Assembly (NCBI GenBank): GCA_943787795.1 | Contig: CALSNU010000003.1 | Span: forward strand, 416,001-480,000 | DNA length: 64,000 bases | Origin: an uncultured bacterium | GTDB lineage: Bacteria > Planctomycetota > UBA1135 > GCA-002686595 | Direction of reading: 5' to 3' | In this document: piece after piece, positions 57,722 to 64,000 of the stretch | Layout of the letters: every line of letters begins with the position of its first letter | Numbering within the stretch: position 1 is the first letter of the stretch | Translations under genes and position numbers: made by a program | Notes under the pieces: model-generated | Database searches by the model: none | Seen by the model: the letters and a program-made list of their open reading frames with translations, nothing else | What the model was told of the DNA's origin: nothing

Positions 57722-58336
57722 GTGACGCCGCGAGCGTGGACTGACCGTCGCCGGTCTCTTGCGGGCTGGCTGATGGTCTCCCTCGGGGTCTTCCTTGCCT
57801 GGGGCGGAGAGCGGCGGAGCGCGGTGGATGGCGCGGGCCTGACGGCCGGGCCGGGCCTCGTCGTCGGGGTCGAGACCGACGCCGACCAGGAGCAGCGCTC
57901 GGCGCCGCTCTCGCTCCCGATCGACCGGCCTGACCGCGCGGGCCGGGCCGCGCGGTCCCTGGCCGCGGCGCTGTGCACCCTCGGTCTGCTGTTGGCGCTC
58001 CAGGCTCGACGCACCGGGCCCCACGGGCAGGCTGTGGTGCCGCGAGGGACACCGGGAGGGGAGCCGCTTGGCGACTCGCAGGTCGCCCAGCCCGGTGGGG
58101 TTGCCGATGGGGTGGCCGGTGGCGTTGCCGGTGGCGTTGCGGGAGGCGTGGCCGGGGGCATGAGAGCTGGCCTGGCTGGCGGAGTACGCCGCGGAGCTCG
58201 GTGGCTCTGGGCGGCGCCGGGGGCGATCGGAATCTTCTGGCTGATCCGCCCGGTGGCCGCTCCGGGCGACGGCCTGGCGCTCTCCGGCCTGCTGCTCCTG
58301 CTGAGCCTGTGCCTGCTCGCGGCCTGGCGCGACTGA
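57722..58336 (+). CDS. Hypothetical membrane protein (about 4 TM)
   Basis: GTG 1 nt after the previous stop; hydrophobic segments; GGVA repeats. Confidence 0.5.
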   Translation: MTPRAWTDRRRSLAGWLMVSLGVFLAWGGERRSAVDGAGLTAGPGLVVGVETDADQEQRSAPLSLPIDRPDRAGRAARSLAAALCTLGLLLALQARRTGPHGQAVVPRGTPGGEPLGDSQVAQPGGVADGVAGGVAGGVAGGVAGGMRAGLAGGVRRGARWLWAAPGAIGIFWLIRPVAAPGDGLALSGLLLLLSLCLLAAWRD

Positions 58337-58345
58337 CAGAGCCCC

Positions 58346-58381
58346 GGCAGTGGCTCCGGCAGTGGCTTCGGCAGTGGCTCC
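58346..58381. repeat. 12-bp tandem repeat GGCAGTGGCT[C/T]C x3
   Basis: Read directly in the convergent spacer after 58336. Confidence 0.75.
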
Positions 58382-58424
58382 AGGATGGCCCCGGACCCCC
58401 GTCCGGCGAGCGATCCGAACCCGG

Positions 58425-59300
58425 CTAGTCGGGACTGCGCTGTCCGGACCCGCGGGTGCCCAGGATCAGGGCGGCTGCGAGGAGAGCGAACGAGGTCGCC
58501 AGGGGCCAGGGCTCGGCCGGCTCGGAGAACGGCGGAGCCAGGGCCACCGTGACGGCCAGCGGCACCTTGAGGTTGTTCATCACCGCGAGCGACCCGACGC
58601 CCACCTGGGTGGCCCCTCGGTTCCAGAGGAAGAAGGCCAGGCCAGAAGGGATGAGGCCCAGGTAGGTGATGACCCCGACCTCGCGCGCGGTGAGCTGGAG
58701 ATCGGAGGCCGAGACCGTGCCGATCGCGATGGGGGCGGCGAACAGGAAGCCGCCGAGGAACATCCAGCCGAACCTGCCGGGAGTCGCCGTGGAGGGGGAC
58801 TCGAGCTTTCTATACAGGACAAGGCCTGCGGCCCATGCGAGGTTGGCGCCCTGCACGAGGCCGACGCCCTTCCAGTAGCTGGCGCCGCCGAGATCGTCCC
58901 CCAGGAATTCCCTGCGCAGCACGAAGGCGGCCGCCACGGCTAGCGCCGCTGCTCCCCAGACTCTCGCTGGAGGGTGACGGGTCACGTACCCCTCGAAGAA
59001 CACCACGTAGAGAGGGGTCGTGATCGTCAGGAGCGCGACCTCGTGGCCCTCGAGAAACCCGTAGGCCTTGTGGACCAGGAAGTACATCAGGCCGTACTGG
59101 AGCGCGCCGATGGCCACGAGTTGCGCCGCCCGGAGCTTCCCAGGCTTGCGCACGGCCCGCCTGGAGAAGGTCAGCGGCGCGAAGGCGATGAACGCGAGGC
59201 CCAGGCGCGCGGCAGTCAGCAGATTCGGGTCGATGTCGTTCGCGCCGATGAGCGCGAACGACAGGGACCAGAGCAGCGATGCGAAGAAGAGGAGGGCCAA
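58425..59300 (-). CDS. EamA/DMT-family transporter
   Basis: LLWSLSFALIG, GALQYGLMY, LLTITTPLYV, YLGLIPSGLAFFLWNRGA, LAVMNNLKVP; about 10 TM helices. Confidence 0.9.
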   Translation of the reverse strand: MALLFFASLLWSLSFALIGANDIDPNLLTAARLGLAFIAFAPLTFSRRAVRKPGKLRAAQLVAIGALQYGLMYFLVHKAYGFLEGHEVALLTITTPLYVVFFEGYVTRHPPARVWGAAALAVAAAFVLRREFLGDDLGGASYWKGVGLVQGANLAWAAGLVLYRKLESPSTATPGRFGWMFLGGFLFAAPIAIGTVSASDLQLTAREVGVITYLGLIPSGLAFFLWNRGATQVGVGSLAVMNNLKVPLAVTVALAPPFSEPAEPWPLATSFALLAAALILGTRGSGQRSPD

Positions 59301-59356
59301 GGCCAGGGGGCTCGTGACCGGTGCCGGCCCGCAGGCTCGCGGGCGGGCGGCCGCGG

Positions 59357-60670
59357 TCAGTCGATCTTGTAGACCCCAGGCGTCGGGATCGGGTACAGCC
59401 CGTCGCTCCCCGGGAGGGAGCGCGGGACCGTATCCCAGGTGAGCTCCTCGACGTCGGGTCGCAGGAGCCGCGTGGAGTTCAGCGCCTCGTCCCAGGTGAT
59501 GGCCTGGCCCGTGTAGGTGGCCATGCGACCGAGGATCGCCGTCATGGTCGCCTCGGCGCCGCGGATGGCTTCGTTGTGCTCACGTCCGGTGCGGATGGCC
59601 TCGAAGAGCACGTCGTGCTCGCGCTGGTAGGCGTCGCTGTCCTTGCCCTCGAAGCGCCACTTGTCGCCGCCGTAGGTCTCGATGCGCCCGGCGCCCACGT
59701 TGCAGGTGCCGCCTGAGCCGTGAACGTGCTCGCTGACGCTGTTCCAGACCTGCTTCTGGTGACGGCATTGGCTGTGCATGCGCGTGCCGTCCTCATAGAT
59801 GTACTCCACGGCGTGGTGGTCGAAGATCTCGCCGTGCTTGGCGCCCTTGCGCACCTGGCGGCCGCCCATGCCGACGGCCTTCACGGGTGTCTGTCCCATG
59901 ACCCAATTGCCGACGTCGAGGTTATGGATGTGCTGCTCGACGATGTGGTCGCCGCAGAGCCAGTTGAAGTAGTACCAGTTGCGCATCTGGTACTGCATCT
60001 CGTTCCACTGGGCCTTGCGGGGCTTCACCCAGACGCCGCCGCTGTTCCAGTAGACGCGCAGGGCCACCGGCTTGCCGATGGCGCCGTCCTCGATGGCGCG
60101 GATCGTGTCCTGGTACTTGAAGCTGTGGTGCCGCTGGAGCCCCACGCCGACGCAGAGCTTCTTCTCCTTGGCGACGGCCGCCGCCTCCATGACCATCCGG
60201 ATCCCCGGGCCGTCCACGGCGACAGGCTTCTCCATGAAGATGTGCTTGCCCTTGGAGACCGCGTAGTCGAAGTGCTCCGGGCGGAACCCGGGAGGGGTGG
60301 TCAGGATGACCACGTCCACGTCCTCGTCGATGGCCTTCTTGAAGGCGTCGAACCCGACGAACTTACGCTCGTTCGGCACATCGACCGCGTCGGGGTGGGC
60401 AGCGGAAATGTTGGAGAGGGACTCCTCGAGCCGATCAGGGAAGGCGTCCGCCATGGCCACGAGCCGGTTGTTCCCCGTGTTGAGCGCCTGGCGGCAAGCG
60501 CCGGTGCCGCGGCCTCCGCAACCGATGAGGGCGACCCTCAGCTCGGCGTCTCCGGCGGCGGATTCCTGCGCCGAGGCGAGGGACGGAGCCGCCGAAAGGG
60601 AGGCGGCCGCGAGGGTGCCAGCGCCCTGAAGGAAGGTGCGACGGTCGAGGGGGGTGATCGGTTCACTCAT
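59357..60670 (-). CDS. Tat-exported Gfo/Idh/MocA-family oxidoreductase
   Basis: DRRTFLQ Tat motif; ALIGCGGRGTGA, TPPGFRP, FMEKPVA, EQHIHNLD. Confidence 0.93.
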   Translation of the reverse strand: MSEPITPLDRRTFLQGAGTLAAASLSAAPSLASAQESAAGDAELRVALIGCGGRGTGACRQALNTGNNRLVAMADAFPDRLEESLSNISAAHPDAVDVPNERKFVGFDAFKKAIDEDVDVVILTTPPGFRPEHFDYAVSKGKHIFMEKPVAVDGPGIRMVMEAAAVAKEKKLCVGVGLQRHHSFKYQDTIRAIEDGAIGKPVALRVYWNSGGVWVKPRKAQWNEMQYQMRNWYYFNWLCGDHIVEQHIHNLDVGNWVMGQTPVKAVGMGGRQVRKGAKHGEIFDHHAVEYIYEDGTRMHSQCRHQKQVWNSVSEHVHGSGGTCNVGAGRIETYGGDKWRFEGKDSDAYQREHDVLFEAIRTGREHNEAIRGAEATMTAILGRMATYTGQAITWDEALNSTRLLRPDVEELTWDTVPRSLPGSDGLYPIPTPGVYKID

Positions 60671-60722
60671 GGGATCGAGGCGGGAAGTGGGTGGCGGGGT
60701 GCAGCGACGGCGCGACCGTCTC

Positions 60723-61895
60723 TCAGCGTTCAGCGCGTCGCTGGCGGTCGTAGATCTTGGTGATGGAGTTGAGATCAGAGTCGTGGAACTTGGCCCACTC
60801 CTCGGGGGGCGGCGGGTTGAGGGGACGGACCACGCGGAAGCCTAGCCAGGGCGCGTCGGTGTGATACCAGATGCTCTTGGGGAGCTGGGGGTCCTGGACC
60901 TTCCAGTCATCGTTGGACCCACGCCGGGATGCGCTCCTCAGGCGCTCAGGGTCATCGTCCCAGTGGCCTCCCCTGGCGACCCTGGGGTACAGCGCCTTCG
61001 GCCAACGGATCGGGTCGACGACCGGACCCTCCTTGGCCTGGAGGGCGAGGTCGGCGTAGCCGTCCTTCGAAAAGGCGTCGAGGCACCACTCGGCCACGTT
61101 GCCGTGCATGTCGTAGAGGCCCCAGGGGTTGGGCTTGCGCGTGCCGAGCTTCATGTACTGGCCGTCGCAGTTGTCGAACCACCAGCCGTGGTCGTCCAGC
61201 TCGCCTTCGGGGAAGGAGAAGGCGCCGGTGGTGCCGGCGCGGCAGGCGTACTCCCACTCCGCCTCGGTGGGGAGGCGGTAGAAGCGACCGGTCTTCATGG
61301 TCAGCCACTTGGTGTACTGCTTGGCCGCGAACTGGGTCATCGAGATCGCCGGGTAGCCGTCCACGCCCATGTCAAAGTCCATAGGGACGTAGGGCGGCGT
61401 GGGGCGGCTGACCGCGTCGGACCAGGGGTCCTGCTCGGCGCGGCTGCTCCCCTCGGTCGCGGTGCGGGCGCGCATGTCCAGGGAGTCCATGTACTGGCTG
61501 TACTCCTTCCAGGCGACCTCGTTTGTGCCCATCCAGAAGGGGGAGACGCGCACCTTCACCTGGGGTCCCTCAAAGTCGCTCCTCCCCTCCTCAGCGGCGG
61601 GGCTGCCCATGAGGAACTCGCCGCCGGGGATCGGCGTGAGCTTGAAGGTGACGGCGGTGCCCGTGATGGCCTCCGAGTAGGCCTTCATGCCGGCCTCGTC
61701 CGCGGCGTCGGCGCCTTCGACCTTGGTGGCCGGCGGCGGGCCAGGGGGGGGAGCCGGGTAGACCTCCTGGTCTCCATCTTGGGCGTCGGCCGGGACGCAG
61801 AGGAGCGCGCCGATGACGGCGGCGCCGAGAGGCGCGGCGAGGCTGGTGGGTCGAACTCGGGAGAGCGCGCGTCGAATCGTCATGTGGGGCGTCAT
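60723..61895 (-). CDS. Secreted formylglycine-generating-enzyme-fold (SUMF1/FGE-sulfatase) protein
   Basis: IPGGEFLMGS, YRLPTEAEWEYACRAG, PNPWGLYDMHGNVAEWC, RGGHW, GFRVVR; lacks the catalytic Cys pair. Confidence 0.9.
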   Translation of the reverse strand: MTPHMTIRRALSRVRPTSLAAPLGAAVIGALLCVPADAQDGDQEVYPAPPPGPPPATKVEGADAADEAGMKAYSEAITGTAVTFKLTPIPGGEFLMGSPAAEEGRSDFEGPQVKVRVSPFWMGTNEVAWKEYSQYMDSLDMRARTATEGSSRAEQDPWSDAVSRPTPPYVPMDFDMGVDGYPAISMTQFAAKQYTKWLTMKTGRFYRLPTEAEWEYACRAGTTGAFSFPEGELDDHGWWFDNCDGQYMKLGTRKPNPWGLYDMHGNVAEWCLDAFSKDGYADLALQAKEGPVVDPIRWPKALYPRVARGGHWDDDPERLRSASRRGSNDDWKVQDPQLPKSIWYHTDAPWLGFRVVRPLNPPPPEEWAKFHDSDLNSITKIYDRQRRAER

Positions 61896-61927
61896 GGGGT
61901 GGTGGGGACCGCCGTAGTCTGGGGGAG

Positions 61928-63121
61928 ATGGTCCATCGACGCCACGGGTCTTCTTCGAGCGCTGCCAGTTGGCTGGGTTGGATCGCCGCGTTCGTGGCGG
62001 TTCTGGCGGGGTGCATCGGCCCCCACGGTCGATCCGAGGCCACGGCCCCGCGGTCCAGCGGCGCGGAGGCCGCCCCTGCCCTCAGGGTCTATGACCACCT
62101 CGCCATGGGGACGCTCTTCCGGCTGACGCTCTGCGCCTCGGATCCCGACCTCGCCGACCGCGCAGCGGCGGCGGCCTTCCGCCGGGTGGACGGGGTCGAG
62201 CGCGTGGCCACCGACTACAAGGCCACCAGCGAGGCGCGCCGCCTCCCGGCGGCGAGCAGCGGCCAATGGGTAGAGGTCTCCGCTGACCTCGGACGGGTGC
62301 TCGGGGCCTCCAAACTCCTGGTTGAGGCCTCGCAGGGGGCCTTCGACCCCACGGTTGGCGCCCTCACGCGGCACTGGCGTCGGGCGCTTCGCCGGCATCG
62401 CTGGCCCGCCCCATCGGTCTGGGAGGGCGCCTCGCGGTTGGTGGGCTGGGACGAGCAGGTGAGCTACGAGGACGACGGCGTGCGGCGGCGCTGCCGGGTC
62501 CGGGACCCCGAGCTGCGGCTCGACTTCGGGGGAGTGGCCAAGGGAGTCGCCGTGGACGAGGCGCTGGCGGTCGTCGAGGCGCTCGGGATTCACAGGGCTC
62601 TCATGGACGGAGGCGGCGACCTGCGGGCCCTCGATCCGCCCCCCGGCGCCGACGGATGGCGCGTCGAAGTGTTGCCCTTTGGTCAAAACTCGACCACCCG
62701 GCTTCGATTCCTCCTGGCGCGTGCCGCGATCGCAACCTCGGGCGACACCTACCAATCAGGGGCGCTCGAGGGATCACCCCTTGAGGGGCTGGCCGGGGCT
62801 GGCGTGGAGGGGGCTGCGATGCACTACGGGCACGTGATCGACCCTCTCTCCCGGCTCCCGCTGATCTCCCCGCGCGCCTCGGTGATGACCGCCGCGACGG
62901 CGGCAGAGGCGGACGCGCTGGCCACCGCACGGCTCGTGATCGGTCCCATGGAGACCGGTCGCGTCGCCTTGGAGCGGGGTCTGTTCTTCGGAGGTGAGGA
63001 TCAGGAGCCTTGCGTCGGGCGGCACTTCCCGCACGATGGGGCGGTGCCGCTCCCAACGGTCACGCCCAACGCGGCCCCGAGCCGGTCCAACGAGTCCCTC
63101 CTACGACACCGCGACGAATGA
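61928..63121 (+). CDS. apbE: FAD:protein FMN transferase (lipoprotein)
   Basis: Lipobox LAGC; AMGT, GAFDPTVGAL, LDFGGVAKG, GGGDL, IATSGD, HVIDP, ADALATA. Confidence 0.92.
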   Translation: MVHRRHGSSSSAASWLGWIAAFVAVLAGCIGPHGRSEATAPRSSGAEAAPALRVYDHLAMGTLFRLTLCASDPDLADRAAAAAFRRVDGVERVATDYKATSEARRLPAASSGQWVEVSADLGRVLGASKLLVEASQGAFDPTVGALTRHWRRALRRHRWPAPSVWEGASRLVGWDEQVSYEDDGVRRRCRVRDPELRLDFGGVAKGVAVDEALAVVEALGIHRALMDGGGDLRALDPPPGADGWRVEVLPFGQNSTTRLRFLLARAAIATSGDTYQSGALEGSPLEGLAGAGVEGAAMHYGHVIDPLSRLPLISPRASVMTAATAAEADALATARLVIGPMETGRVALERGLFFGGEDQEPCVGRHFPHDGAVPLPTVTPNAAPSRSNESLLRHRDE

Positions 63122-64000
63122 GCCACTCTCCCAACGACTCCTCCTTTGACGAACAAAAGGTCGGCGCGAGCCGCCGCCAGGTCCTCCGGGCCGCCGGCGC
63201 GGCCACCGCGCTCGGCGCGACCTCGGCCATCGCAGGCGCCACGGCGCGGCAGGACGACGACCCGCCGACGCTCCGGCTCGGATTGGTGGGTTGTGGAGGT
63301 CGCGGCGGGGGCGCGGTGCGCGATGCTCTCCGTGCCGATCCGAACACAAAGCTCGTGGCCATGGGCGATGCATTCGACGACCGGATCTCCTCCAAGCTCG
63401 CCGAGCTCAACGCAGAGGAGGAGTTCAAGGGACGCATCGACGTGCCGAGCGACCGCGCGTTCGCCGGCTTCGATTGCCACGAGAAGGTCACCGATAACTG
63501 TGACGTGGTGCTGATGGCCTCGACGCCGCACTTTCGCCCCGCGCAGGTGGAGTACGCCGTCAAGGCGGGCAAGCACATGTTCGTCGAGAAGCCCGTGGCC
63601 ACCGACGCGCCCGGGCTGCGCCGCATGTGGGCCGCGTGCGACGAGGCCAAGGAGAAGAACCTCGCCGTGGTCAGCGGGCTCTGCTATCGCTACCAGAACG
63701 CCAAGCGCGCCACGATCGAGAAGATCCGCGAGGGCGCGATCGGCGACATCAAGGCCATCGAGTGCTCCTATGACACCGGCGCCCTCTGGCACCGCGGCGA
63801 GAAGCCGGAGTGGAGCGGCATGGAGACCCAGTTGCGAAACTGGCTCTACTACACCTGGGCTTCGGGGGACCACATCGCTGAGCAGGCGATCCACAACCTC
63901 GACAAGATGATCTGGACCATGGACGACAAGCCGCCCCTGTCGGTCAAGGCCAACGGCGGCCGCATCGTCCGGACCGACCCCAAGTACGGGAACATCTACG
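63118..64000 (+). CDS. Second Tat-exported Gfo/Idh/MocA oxidoreductase (runs off the window; absent from the ORF track)
   Basis: ATG 63118 overlaps the apbE stop; MSHSPND...SRRQVLRAAG, LGLVGCGGRGGGA, STPHFRP, FVEKPVA, EQAIHNLD. Confidence 0.9.
   Translation, partial: MSHSPNDSSFDEQKVGASRRQVLRAAGAATALGATSAIAGATARQDDDPPTLRLGLVGCGGRGGGAVRDALRADPNTKLVAMGDAFDDRISSKLAELNAEEEFKGRIDVPSDRAFAGFDCHEKVTDNCDVVLMASTPHFRPAQVEYAVKAGKHMFVEKPVATDAPGLRRMWAACDEAKEKNLAVVSGLCYRYQNAKRATIEKIREGAIGDIKAIECSYDTGALWHRGEKPEWSGMETQLRNWLYYTWASGDHIAEQAIHNLDKMIWTMDDKPPLSVKANGGRIVRTDPKYGNIY

Noticed and set aside
1..64000. tRNA, rRNA, tmRNA, RNase P, SRP RNA, integrase or transposase
   Set aside because: No recognisable signatures on reading. 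A tRNAscan/Infernal run is needed to exclude them formally.

Overview
High-GC, gene-dense bacterial chromosomal window. The gene content (PVC-type CxxCH haem protein, TsaC-phosphatase fusion, FGE-fold protein, Tat-exported Gfo/Idh/MocA enzymes) points to Planctomycetota; this is inference. Housekeeping and envelope genes include dcd, sucCD, a SMUG1-type glycosylase, tatA, mobA, a polyprenyl synthase, ResB/CcsA, folD, a rhomboid, serS, a type II secretion cluster gspD-E-F-G plus three minor pseudopilins, a histidine kinase/NtrC pair and polysaccharide genes. No rRNA, tRNA, CRISPR array or mobile element was recognised. Main findings: (1) a complete, intronless eukaryotic-type (PRMT1-like) protein arginine methyltransferase at 51724-52713; (2) a MamK-like actin with no magnetosome genes in the window; (3) the protein upstream of that actin shares an unnamed C-terminal module ending FQANLDL with a catalytically degenerate GGDEF protein that keeps its RxxD site, a candidate c-di-GMP-to-cytoskeleton link; (4) two paralogous membrane-anchored MerR/Xis-like HTH proteins; (5) a conserved ~135-aa Cys-containing C-terminal domain on two unrelated secreted proteins, a candidate sorting domain. 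Two genes have +1 frameshifts in G runs, probably sequencing errors. All assignments come from motifs read by eye; no database searches were run.
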